This document shows, one piece after another, positions 49,825-59,140 of a DNA stretch of 64,000 nt. The translations under genes and the position numbers were made by a program. This DNA is from an uncultured bacterium. GTDB taxonomy: Bacteria; Verrucomicrobiota; Kiritimatiellia; PWTM01. Position 1 is the first letter of the stretch. Each line of letters begins with the position of its first letter. Where the stretch lies: NCBI GenBank assembly GCA_938010045.1, contig CALLFZ010000036.1, forward strand, positions 38,801-102,800. The letters run 5' to 3'. Below the pieces are notes generated by a model that was not told the DNA's origin, searched no databases, and saw only the letters and a list, made by a program, of their open reading frames with translations.

Positions 49825-50922
49825 TCAGTAGGAGCGTCCGCCGACGCCCTTGGTGCCCTTCTTGATCTCGCGCGCGGGTTCCTTCGGCCGCAGCGCGCGC
49901 ACGGCGGCGCCGGCGCGCCACATTTCCGAGTCACGAATTGCGGCCAGCTCCTTCGCGACGCGCTCCGCATAGCCTGGCCGGCTGCAAGTGCGGATCACGT
50001 GTAGCGCCTCCGCGCCGCTCTTCACGCGGCGGTACAGCTCGCGGAACACCGGCAGCGTCGCTTTTTTGAAGCGGGGTTTCCAGTCGAGCGCGCCGCGCTG
50101 CGCGGTCGCGGAGCAGTTCACAAACATCCAATCCATGCCGTTCTCGTCCACGAGCCGGATCAGGCTTTGGGTGAGCTCCTCGACGGTCTCGTTGAACGCC
50201 TCGCTCGGCGAGTGGCCGTTCGCGCGCAGCACCTCATACTGCGCCTCCATGATGCCGGCCAGCGCGCCCATCAGCACGCCACGCTCGCCGGTGAGGTCGC
50301 TCACCGTCTCGTGTTCGAACGTCGTCGGGAAGAGGTAGCCGGAGCCGATCGCGATGCCGATCGCGAGGCAGCGCTCCTCGGCGCGTCCGGTCGCGTCCTG
50401 AAACACCGCGTAGCTCGAATTGATCCCCGCGCCGCTCAGGAAGTTGCGCCGCACATTCAATCCCGACCCCTTCGGCGCGACCATGATCACATCCACGTCC
50501 TTCGGCGGCACCACGCCGGTGTGCTTCCGATAGGTGATCGAAAAACCGTGGGAGAAGTACAGCGCCTTGCCGGCGGTCAGGTGCGGTCGGACCGTCGGCC
50601 AGACGATCCGCTGGGCAGCGTCGGAGACCAGCAGTTGAATGATCGTGCCGCGCGCACAGGCCTCCTCGAGATCGAACAGCGTCTCGCCCGGCGTCCAACC
50701 GTCCGCCACCGCGCGATCCCAGTCCTTCTGAAACTGCTTCGACTGGCCCACGATCACGCGGATACCATTGTCCTTCATATTCAGGGCCTGGGCGGGCCCC
50801 TGGACGCCGTAGCCGATGACCGCCACCGTTTCGTTGTTGAGCACGCGCCGAGCCTTCGAAAGCGGAAATTCCTTCCGCGTGACCACCGTTTCCTTCACGC
50901 CGCCGAAGTCAATGATCGCCAT
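49825..50922 (-). CDS. ilvC: ketol-acid reductoisomerase
   Basis: MAIIDFGGVKETVVTRKEF, VAVIGYGVQGPAQALNMKDNG, MVAPKGSG. The upstream 330 codons of the track ORF are non-coding-like. Confidence 0.9.
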   Translation of the reverse strand: MAIIDFGGVKETVVTRKEFPLSKARRVLNNETVAVIGYGVQGPAQALNMKDNGIRVIVGQSKQFQKDWDRAVADGWTPGETLFDLEEACARGTIIQLLVSDAAQRIVWPTVRPHLTAGKALYFSHGFSITYRKHTGVVPPKDVDVIMVAPKGSGLNVRRNFLSGAGINSSYAVFQDATGRAEERCLAIGIAIGSGYLFPTTFEHETVSDLTGERGVLMGALAGIMEAQYEVLRANGHSPSEAFNETVEELTQSLIRLVDENGMDWMFVNCSATAQRGALDWKPRFKKATLPVFRELYRRVKSGAEALHVIRTCSRPGYAERVAKELAAIRDSEMWRAGAAVRALRPKEPAREIKKGTKGVGGRSY

Positions 50923-51096
50923 GACGAATATCCTTTCGTTGCGCGCGAGCTTGACCTCCGTGCCGGACCGCGCTCGCGTAACCGCCAATGCTACGCGCAG
51001 ACACCGCGTTCCGCAAACTTTGCCGCTCCGGGCGCCGGCGTTGGCGCGTTGCCGTGATTTGGCGAACCCGCACCCAACCGATAAACTGGCACTTCC

Positions 51097-51621
51097 GTGG
51101 ACGTGTTCGAGACCATGGCCGCCCGCCGCTCCATCCGGCGATTTCACCCCGACCCGGTCCCATCGCCCACGCTGGATCGCATTCTCGAGGCGGCGCGCCA
51201 AGCACCTTCGGCCGGCAACCGACAGGCCTTCGAGATCGTCGTCGTGCGCGACCCACGGCGGCGCATCGCGCTGGCTCGCGCCTGCCTCGAACAATGGTTC
51301 ATCGCGGAGGCGCCGGTCGTGCTGGTGTTCGTCGCGGCACCGGCGCGAAACCGCAGCCGGTACGGACGGCGCGGCGCAGAGCTCTACGCGGTTCAGGACG
51401 CCACAATCGCATGCGCGCACGCCCATTTGGCGGCCACGGCGCTCGGACTTGGAAGCTGCTGGATCGGCGCCTTCGACGATGCGTCCGTCTCCGAGTTGGT
51501 CGGCGTCGACGGCGACGAGCGACCTGTCGCTCTCCTTCCGATCGGCCGGCCGGCCGAAGACCCATCGCCGATGCCACGGCGACCTATCGCGGATCTGGTG
51601 CATCCCGAACGCCTGCGATGA
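51097..51621 (+). CDS. nitroreductase-family protein
   Basis: MDVFETMAARRSIRRFHPDPVP...PSAGNRQAFEIVVV...GLGSCWIGAFD. Confidence 0.75.
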   Translation: MDVFETMAARRSIRRFHPDPVPSPTLDRILEAARQAPSAGNRQAFEIVVVRDPRRRIALARACLEQWFIAEAPVVLVFVAAPARNRSRYGRRGAELYAVQDATIACAHAHLAATALGLGSCWIGAFDDASVSELVGVDGDERPVALLPIGRPAEDPSPMPRRPIADLVHPERLR

Positions 51622-51631
51622 AAGGTCTCCG

Positions 51632-54600
51632 ATGATGAGGTGCACAAAATCGTGGCTTGCCCGAGCGGGGTTGCTGTTCGCGTGGTTGGCCGCAATGCGC
51701 GCCGACGCTTCGGACACACCCGCGATAACCGCGCCGCAGCGTTTCGAGATGAGGGGCATGGTGGTGCTCGGTGCCTGGCTCGGCAACGCCGAGGATCCGC
51801 TGGCGGACGCAGGGCCGCAGGGACTTCGCCTGAAGTTGCGCGGCGGTGAGGTGGTGGAAGACGAACAGTTCGGCCGATGCCTCCTCGCGCGACGGGGCTC
51901 GCCGGATCGCCACACCGCCAGCGGCGCGCTCGCGCCACATCACTACATGCTCTCGCCCGCCGGCGCCTTTACCATCGAGGTCTGGATTTCGCCCGGCGAG
52001 GGCTGGGCCGAGACCGGTGAGGCGGTGCTGCTCGATAAGAAGTACGCGGGTCATCGCGACTATCAACTGGCCATCTCCGCTCCCGACCGCACGGGGAGGC
52101 GGCGGATCCTTGCGCACCTCGGTTTCGGCCAGGACAGCGACACGTGGACCTCCGACCCCGTGGACCTGCCGGTGGGCCGGTGGCGGCAACTGGTGTTCGC
52201 CTACAATGGCCGCGGCCAGGGCTGGTTTTTTGTGGACGGCGCCCCCGCGGGACGCGCGGAGCAACAGGGCCGGGGCGCAGTGGCCCGCGGAGACCGCGCG
52301 CTGACCATCGGCGACCGTTCCGGCAGCTACTACCGTCCATTTCCGGGCCGCCTCGCCCGGGTGCGCATCCTGGCGGGCCTCCCCGACATCCGATGGGTCG
52401 GCATCGGCGCTATCCCGGGCCAGCGCCTCGTGTTTCTGAGAGGTGAGAGTGGCGCCGTTGTGCGCGTGGCGATCTCGAACTGGAGTTTGAGAGCCCTCAC
52501 GGCGGTCCGCCTCGAAGCGCGCGCCTTCGGTTCCACCCTCGCCGCGGAATCCGCAAGGCTGGAGCCCGGCCAAGCCTGTACACTCGACGTGCCCGTTGCG
52601 GTTCATTGGCGCCCTGAAGCCTACCCGCTCGTTGTGCGCGCGCGGATCGGTGATCCGCCCGAACCCTTGGCTGAAGAGACGCTCTCCATCCGGATCGTGC
52701 CGCGGCGCCCACCGCGCATGCCGGTGGTGATGTGGGGCATCTACACGCCCGAACACGTCCTGAAGGAACTGCCGCGGCTACGCGACATCGGCTTCACGCA
52801 CTGTCTCGGCACGCCGTTGGACCCGAAGCCGCTTTGGACCGCGCGGGACGATGCGCTGCCGGTGTCGCCCTCGCGCGTCGCCACGACCCGCCGAATGCTG
52901 GATGTCGCGTGGTCGAGCAACCTCGCCGTGCTCGCCTCGCTCTCGCCCGGATCGGCGTGGAAGGACGATGTGACGAAGCTTCGCGTGGATCCCGAGGGCC
53001 GGCCGATTACGAACCGCCCCAACGTCTGCGCCTCCGCGCCGGGCATGGAGGACTACTGCTGGCGAGTCGGTCGCGCGGTCGCGCGCGCGTGGGGCGATTG
53101 CCCGGCGTTCGACGGAGCGCTGCTGCATACCGAAGTGCGCGACGCCGCGACGATCTGCTACCACCCGCACGACCGCGAAGCGGCGCGCCGAGCCGGCTTC
53201 GCCTCGATCCCAACCGAGCCCACGAAAAGCGGTTGGCGCTGGGATCGGGTGCCTGACTTTCCGCCCGCTCGCATCGTGCCCGACGACGAGCCGATGCTTG
53301 CCTTCCTGCGCTGGTGGTGGAAGCACGGCGACGGCTGGAACGCGCTGAACACAGCGCTCGCGCGCGGCCTGCGGGAGGGCGGTGTGAAGCCCGGTTTCTG
53401 GACGTTCCATGACCCCGCCGTGCGCGTCGCCAGCGTCTGGGGCAGCGGCGGCGACGTGGATGTGCTCTCGCACTGGACCTACTCCAACCCCGACCCCATC
53501 CGCATCGGCCTGGCCACCGACGAGCTCTTTGCCATGGCCGCCGGTGCCGCGCGCCCGACGCGCGTGATGAAAATGACCCAGATCATCTGGTACCGGTCCC
53601 AGACTGCGCCCGCCCACACCGGCGACGTCGCGCGCGCGGCCGCTCTCTCGCCGTGGGAGGACACGGACCCCGACGCAAAGTTTCTTACGATTTCGCCCGA
53701 CCACCTGCGCGAATCGTTCTGGTGCAAAATCTCACGGCCGATCGCTGGCATCATGTACCACGGTTGGCAGGCGCTGGTGCCGACCGACGAGAAGGGGGCC
53801 TACCGCCATACCCATCCCGGCACCATGACCGCGCTGCGCGAACTGCTGCGCGGCGTCGTCGAGCCTCTGGGACCGGCACTCCTGCAGATCGGCGACGCGC
53901 CGCGCGATGTCGCGATGCTTGAAAGTTTCGCGGCGCAAATGTGGTATGCCGGCCGGGGCACCTACGGTTGGGGCCGCGGCTGGGCCGCCGACCTGTGGCA
54001 CGCCATCACGTGGGCCCACCTCGAGGCGGACATCCTCTACGACGAAACCGTGCTGCGCGACGGCCTCGACCGATATCGGCTGTTGCTCCTTCCCGATTGC
54101 GATGTGTTGACCACCGGCGTGGCTGCGCGCATCGCCGCGTTCCAGAGCCGGGGTGGGCTCGTCGTCGGCGACGACCGCCTCGCGCCCGGCATCCACCCGG
54201 ATATCCAGCTTCCGGTCTTTGAACGGACCGGCCGCGCCGACGCCGACCAGGCCGCGCTGATCGCGCTCGGCCGGCGCCTGTTGGACGAACTCGGCGACCG
54301 CTATCGCCGCCGGCTCTACACCACCTCGCCCACCGTCATCCCGCGCCTCCGCCGCCACGGTTCGACCGACTACGTCGTTTTGGTCAACGATCGGCGCACG
54401 TTCGGGAACTACGTCGGCCGCTACGGCCTTGTGATGGAGGATGGCGTCCCTGACTCCGCCGAGGTGCGGCTGCAGCGCGCCAATGGCCACGCCTACGATC
54501 TGGTGACACACGCCGCGATCCCGCTCACCCGCTCAGAGGGCGAGGTGAGTTTCTCGGTGAATCTCGGCCCCGCCGATGGACGAATCGTGATGATCAGCGA

Positions 54601-54907
54601 CCGACCAATCGCGGCGGTGGTGATCGAGGGACCCGCCTCGGCGCGTCGGGGTGAGCGTGCCCCCTTCGCCATCCGGGTGGTGGATCCCGACGGCCAGCCC
54701 CTCGACGCGGTGATCCCCCTGCGTATCGAGGTCATGGATCCGGACGGCCGCGAGGCGGAAGGAACAGGCTGGTATGGCGCGCGCGACGGCGTGTCGGAGC
54801 TCGTGCTCGAATGGGCTCCGAACGATACCGCTGGGCGCTGGACCGTACGCGCCCGCGAGCTCGCCTCCAACCGCACCGCCGAACACTTCTTCGAACTGTC
54901 TCCATAA
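51632..54907 (+). CDS. large (1091 aa) secreted protein with N-terminal LamG-like domain; rest unknown
   Basis: SD aaagg, then ATGATG: MMRCTKSWLARAGLLFAWLAAMRADA (signal peptide). FTIEVWISPGEGW and WRQLVFAYNGRGQGWFFVDGAPAG (LamG). The track ORF start at 50816 is rejected because it overlaps the nitroreductase gene. Confidence 0.55.
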   Translation: MMRCTKSWLARAGLLFAWLAAMRADASDTPAITAPQRFEMRGMVVLGAWLGNAEDPLADAGPQGLRLKLRGGEVVEDEQFGRCLLARRGSPDRHTASGALAPHHYMLSPAGAFTIEVWISPGEGWAETGEAVLLDKKYAGHRDYQLAISAPDRTGRRRILAHLGFGQDSDTWTSDPVDLPVGRWRQLVFAYNGRGQGWFFVDGAPAGRAEQQGRGAVARGDRALTIGDRSGSYYRPFPGRLARVRILAGLPDIRWVGIGAIPGQRLVFLRGESGAVVRVAISNWSLRALTAVRLEARAFGSTLAAESARLEPGQACTLDVPVAVHWRPEAYPLVVRARIGDPPEPLAEETLSIRIVPRRPPRMPVVMWGIYTPEHVLKELPRLRDIGFTHCLGTPLDPKPLWTARDDALPVSPSRVATTRRMLDVAWSSNLAVLASLSPGSAWKDDVTKLRVDPEGRPITNRPNVCASAPGMEDYCWRVGRAVARAWGDCPAFDGALLHTEVRDAATICYHPHDREAARRAGFASIPTEPTKSGWRWDRVPDFPPARIVPDDEPMLAFLRWWWKHGDGWNALNTALARGLREGGVKPGFWTFHDPAVRVASVWGSGGDVDVLSHWTYSNPDPIRIGLATDELFAMAAGAARPTRVMKMTQIIWYRSQTAPAHTGDVARAAALSPWEDTDPDAKFLTISPDHLRESFWCKISRPIAGIMYHGWQALVPTDEKGAYRHTHPGTMTALRELLRGVVEPLGPALLQIGDAPRDVAMLESFAAQMWYAGRGTYGWGRGWAADLWHAITWAHLEADILYDETVLRDGLDRYRLLLLPDCDVLTTGVAARIAAFQSRGGLVVGDDRLAPGIHPDIQLPVFERTGRADADQAALIALGRRLLDELGDRYRRRLYTTSPTVIPRLRRHGSTDYVVLVNDRRTFGNYVGRYGLVMEDGVPDSAEVRLQRANGHAYDLVTHAAIPLTRSEGEVSFSVNLGPADGRIVMISDRPIAAVVIEGPASARRGERAPFAIRVVDPDGQPLDAVIPLRIEVMDPDGREAEGTGWYGARDGVSELVLEWAPNDTAGRWTVRARELASNRTAEHFFELSP

Positions 54908-55476
54908 CCCGTCCCCACGGCCCCGACCGGTCGAACGCGTTGCGCCCTCGTCAACGATGCGGTCTCGGCCCGCCCCCAGATGCGCCGATTCCTGAAGGGC
55001 GAGACCTTCCCTCAAGTCCCCGGTGTGTCCCCACGAACATCGAGGACCGCCCGTCTCATTGGAGAACTCGTTTCCACCCGCGTGGATCAGTCCCCACTGC
55101 CCGACACGGCCGCGGCCGTCCACCCTCACCGACGTGCCCACGGTGGCGTTGCTCGGACCACATCACGGGACGCTCTCGGCGGCATGAGCCGGATCATCTT
55201 CCCCAGCGCGAACGCTCGGCCATCGTCGAGGTGGCCGCGCAGGCCGCAGCGGCGGGGACGCGACCGCGGGCACCGCCCGCTGGAGCACCTCGAAACGCGA
55301 GCCGAGCCACGCGTCGATCTCTCAACCGATCCAACGCTGGGGGATACCATGATGTTGCCTCTCTCTCTTGTCCGAGGCATCCACTTGCTGCACGCTAAGT
55401 ACGGATCGTGCCGATGTCGTGCCGCCGCCGATTCCCGTGGCGAGCGATCACCGGAAAGCCGAGCGCCGGACGTGAG

Positions 55477-56697
55477 TCAACTGCGGCGAAGAGTCTCGAT
55501 GCAGACGGCGATGAGCGAGGTGTCCACCGAGTCCACCTCGCGGCGGGCGCCGATCCCGTTGGGGAAGGTCAGGCACAGATGTCCACCGAGGTGCTCGCGA
55601 AAAGTCTCGAGCCCGTCGAGCAGCGCGAGCCGACCATCCGGACGTCGTAGCTCCATCTCCTCGTGCCACAATCGGAAACCCGCCCGCCGCAGCGCGCGGA
55701 CCACTCGTCTTGCGTCACTCTCGCGGATCCAACCCTGGCGAGCGGCATAGAGCGTATCGAGCGCAATACCGGTGGCGACGGCGTGGCCGTGCCCAATCCG
55801 ATAGCCGCTGAGCGCCTCGAGCTGGTGCGCCGCCCAGTGGCCGAAATCGAGCGGTCGCGCCGCGCCGGTCTCGAACGGATCGCCGCCGGAGCGAATGTGG
55901 TCCAAGTGTAGCTCCGCGCAGCGGATGATCAGCTCCTCCATGACCGCGCCGTCGCGCCGGGGAATCGCTTCGGCATGGGCCTCCAAAAACTCGAAGAACG
56001 ACCGGTCGTTCAGGATCGCCACCTTGAAGGCCTCAGAGGTACCGCCGATCCAGTGCTCGTCGGGCAAGGTGTCGAGAAACTCAAAATCATTGATCACGGC
56101 GAACGGCGGCGCGAAGGTGCCGGCGGTGTTTTTGCCGCCATCGGTGTTGATGCCCGTCTTCACGCCGATGCCCGCGTCGTTCTGTGCAAGCACTGTGGTC
56201 GGCAGCCGGATCATCCGCAGACCGCGGTGCACCAGCGAGGCGCAGAAGCCAACCGCGTCGAGCACCGCGCCACCGCCGATCGCCGCGACGAACGAGTGCC
56301 GGCACAGCCCGCTGCGCGCGATCGAGTGCAGTACATCGCGGATGACCCCGAGGTCACATTTGATCGCTTCACCGCCCGGCACGACCTGGGGCGTCGCGAC
56401 GAAGCGTACGGCCGCCCGATTGCACTCGGCCCAGCCGGCGATCTCATCCAGCAGGCCGGGCCGGGCCGCGACGACGCCCGAGTCCACGAAGACGGCCATG
56501 CGGTGCCGCCGATCAGGCTCATGGCGCGTGATCGCCTCCACCAGCCGCCGGTTGTTCGGCCGGAACACGCCACGCGTGAACCACACCGGATACTCAAAGC
56601 GGACGACAATGTGCTGATCGAACCGCACCTCCCGCGGCGCCACCGGAGCCCCGGGGGCGAGGACCGATGCCGAATCAGGCGTTCGCTGCGTCGTCAT
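55477..56697 (-). CDS. 3-dehydroquinate-synthase-like sugar-phosphate cyclase family protein
   Basis: MTTQRTPDSASVLAP...AIGGGAVLDAVGFCASLVHRGLRMIRLPTTVLAQNDAGIGVKTGINTDGGKNTAGTFAPP...GHGHAVATGIALD (DHQS NAD/metal motifs). Confidence 0.7.
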   Translation of the reverse strand: MTTQRTPDSASVLAPGAPVAPREVRFDQHIVVRFEYPVWFTRGVFRPNNRRLVEAITRHEPDRRHRMAVFVDSGVVAARPGLLDEIAGWAECNRAAVRFVATPQVVPGGEAIKCDLGVIRDVLHSIARSGLCRHSFVAAIGGGAVLDAVGFCASLVHRGLRMIRLPTTVLAQNDAGIGVKTGINTDGGKNTAGTFAPPFAVINDFEFLDTLPDEHWIGGTSEAFKVAILNDRSFFEFLEAHAEAIPRRDGAVMEELIIRCAELHLDHIRSGGDPFETGAARPLDFGHWAAHQLEALSGYRIGHGHAVATGIALDTLYAARQGWIRESDARRVVRALRRAGFRLWHEEMELRRPDGRLALLDGLETFREHLGGHLCLTFPNGIGARREVDSVDTSLIAVCIETLRRS

Positions 56698-56738
56698 GTC
56701 CGAGTCTTCTTCCGGAGGACCCGGCGAATTGGACGCGC

Positions 56739-58052
56739 TTATTCGGCGACGTGATCGTCCAGCAGAGCCTCGACACCCCGTGCGAGGTCGAGTACATCGC
56801 GGACCCCGCAGGGCAATTCGAAGCTGGACGTCCATGCGGCGAGCCGCTCGCGTCCCGCGCGCCCGTGTGTACCTCGAATGATCGCTGGGTCCGTCGCAAT
56901 GCGGCCGAGCCAACCGCCTGCGAACAACTCGCAGGGGTCGTAGCCGGGCTTGGAGTGGATGTCCACGTGGTGGGCGAAGTCCGGCGCCTCGCGCGGCTCG
57001 TCCCACCATGGGTAGGCGAACCAGCGTCCCGGCTCCGCCACAACCACAAGGTCCGGTCCCAACGGCTCGTCCATGCACAGCTCGCGCTGCGCGTCGGGAT
57101 CGAGCACCAGACCGATGCCCTCGAGGCCGTCGAGCAGACGCCGCACCGCCCGCACGTCCTCCTCCCCGCGCGCGTAGATGAGCGCGATTTCGTGATCCAC
57201 CAGCGCCACGGCGCGGCTCTCGTACATATTCGGGTAGAGGCGGCCCTTGACCGAGCGCACGCGGAACAGCCCTTCGCGGCGCAGTTCACGAGGAAGGTAC
57301 ACCGGCGGGGCGGTCACCGGCGCAATCGCGTAGTCGCCAAACACGATCACCTCGGCATCCAGATCCCGCGCTGTGCTCCAAATCGTACCGACGAGCGCGA
57401 GCGCCTCCTCGAGCGCCGCATGCGCCTCGGGCGAATCGGGTCCAAATCGCTGCAGGTCGTAGTCGAGGTGCGGCAAATACACCAGCAACAGATCCGGCGA
57501 CAGCTCCTCATCCTTGATCACGGCGCAGGCGGCCTCAGCAATCCAGCGGCTGGACTCGATCGAGGCACGCGGTCCCCAGTAGTGGTGCAGCGGGAACGGC
57601 CGGCCGAGCGCGTTGCGCAACCGCGCGTATAGGTCCTCCGGCACCGAATGACAGTGCGAAACAAGGCCGCCATGGTGACGGTGCACCGGCCACGGGGAGA
57701 GCAACACATCCACCTCCTCCCCGAGGCTGTGCTGCCAAAACAGCATCCCCACGCGCTGTCCCGCCGCCCGGAACTGGCTCCAGATGCGCCGCCCGTACAC
57801 GATCGCCGCCGATTGCTCCCAGAAAAAGACCCGTCCGAGCCGCCGCGCGAAAAAGCCGTTGGCGGTGACGCCGTGAAAACACGGATGCGCTGCGGTCCGG
57901 AACGACGCCTGCACCGGACACGTCAGCGCCGGGAACACGGTTTCGAGCGGGTGGAACGTCAGACCGTATCGTTCCACGAGATCCGGCGCCGAACGCACCA
58001 GCTCCCAGCCGAGCCCGGCCATCTGCACGATCACCAGACGGTGTTGAATCAT
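56739..58052 (-). CDS. alkaline-phosphatase-superfamily (type I phosphodiesterase/nucleotide pyrophosphatase-like) protein
   Basis: MIQHRLVIVQMAGLGWEL...FPALTCPVQASFRTAAHPCFHGVTANGF (Thr nucleophile T-x-P...TG..P..HG pattern); LLLVYLPHLDYDLQRFGP. Confidence 0.6.
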   Translation of the reverse strand: MIQHRLVIVQMAGLGWELVRSAPDLVERYGLTFHPLETVFPALTCPVQASFRTAAHPCFHGVTANGFFARRLGRVFFWEQSAAIVYGRRIWSQFRAAGQRVGMLFWQHSLGEEVDVLLSPWPVHRHHGGLVSHCHSVPEDLYARLRNALGRPFPLHHYWGPRASIESSRWIAEAACAVIKDEELSPDLLLVYLPHLDYDLQRFGPDSPEAHAALEEALALVGTIWSTARDLDAEVIVFGDYAIAPVTAPPVYLPRELRREGLFRVRSVKGRLYPNMYESRAVALVDHEIALIYARGEEDVRAVRRLLDGLEGIGLVLDPDAQRELCMDEPLGPDLVVVAEPGRWFAYPWWDEPREAPDFAHHVDIHSKPGYDPCELFAGGWLGRIATDPAIIRGTHGRAGRERLAAWTSSFELPCGVRDVLDLARGVEALLDDHVAE

Positions 58053-58228
58053 TCGATGCGCGCCCCGCCACCGTCGCCACGTCGCAGCCTACACGATTCG
58101 CCCGCAGGGAGCACGCCGGCCGGCCCCGACGCCGACGGCCGCCTCCAAAGCTTGGACGCACATCGCACCGGTCCGTCCCATCCTTGGACACCGCCAGCGG
58201 CACGACATCTCCACCCAGCCGCCACACC

Positions 58229-58999
58229 TCACACGCGGTGACGGATCACACGGCCGAGCGTGCGGTCGTAGATCCACACCACCCACCGCAGCGGCGAGTA
58301 GATCAGACGCAGCCGGATCACCGCGATGAACATCTCCAGGCCGGTTCTGCCGACCCGAACATGCGACCCGCCGATATCGCGCCAGACGGTTGGCACCTCG
58401 ACGATACGGTGGCCATGGCGGCGCAACTGAAACAGCAGATCCACATCAAACGCCCACTGCGTAATGCCCAGATACGGCAACACGTCCTCGACGGCGCGCC
58501 GTGTGAGCACCTTCGCACCGCACTGCGTATCCGTCGTGTTCAGACGGAACAGCAGCCGAACCAGCGCATTAAAGACGCGCGACGCGACGCGGCGCGTCCA
58601 CGGCTGCCGCAGGATGTCCGAACGGGGGTCCCACCGATTCGCGATCACGGCGCTGGCGCCGTCAAAGTGCTTCAACAAGTCCTCAAACGCCTCGGGCGGT
58701 GTCGCGCCGTCGGCGTCGACGAATCCGATCCGCTCGCCGCGCGCGGCGCGAAACCCGAGGATCACCGCACCGCCCTTGCCGATGGGCTGGGGTTCCTCGA
58801 TCACCCGAACGCCGGACCACCCATCGGCGTAGCGGCGGGCCACCTCAATCGTGTTGTCGGTGGAACCGTTGACGACAATGATGAACTCCACCGCCTCGCC
58901 GTACCGTTCGCGGAAATAGGGAAGATACACATCCAGCATCCGGCCGAGCCGGTGCTCCTCGTTGCGCGCGGGCACGACAATGGACAGTTGAACAGCCAT
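58229..58999 (-). CDS. GT2 polyprenyl-phosphate sugar transferase (Dpm1/ArnC-like)
   Basis: MAVQLSIVVPARNEEHRL...EFIIVVNGSTDNT...GFVDADGATPPE (DxD)...QCGAKVL. Confidence 0.7.
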   Translation of the reverse strand: MAVQLSIVVPARNEEHRLGRMLDVYLPYFRERYGEAVEFIIVVNGSTDNTIEVARRYADGWSGVRVIEEPQPIGKGGAVILGFRAARGERIGFVDADGATPPEAFEDLLKHFDGASAVIANRWDPRSDILRQPWTRRVASRVFNALVRLLFRLNTTDTQCGAKVLTRRAVEDVLPYLGITQWAFDVDLLFQLRRHGHRIVEVPTVWRDIGGSHVRVGRTGLEMFIAVIRLRLIYSPLRWVVWIYDRTLGRVIRHRV

Positions 59000-59140
59000 G
59001 TTCGGCGGCGGTGCGCGCCTGCGGCGGCCGGCCGATTGCGCGCGGCGCGCACCGCGTGCTATCGTGGCGCGCGTGCCGACTGTAGCGAACGCTCCGGCGC
59101 GCCGCAACGTGAACGCCGCCGGAGGGATGGAGACGCACCC

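Noticed and set aside
50816-51631. 5' extension of the 1363-aa plus ORF
   Set aside because: It overlaps the nitroreductase gene in another frame. SD + ATGATG + signal peptide at 51632 is the credible start.
58184-59140. 5' extension of the 1521-aa plus ORF in front of smc
   Set aside because: It is antisense to the Dpm1-like GT2 gene. SMC N-terminal homology begins at the TTG at 59141.
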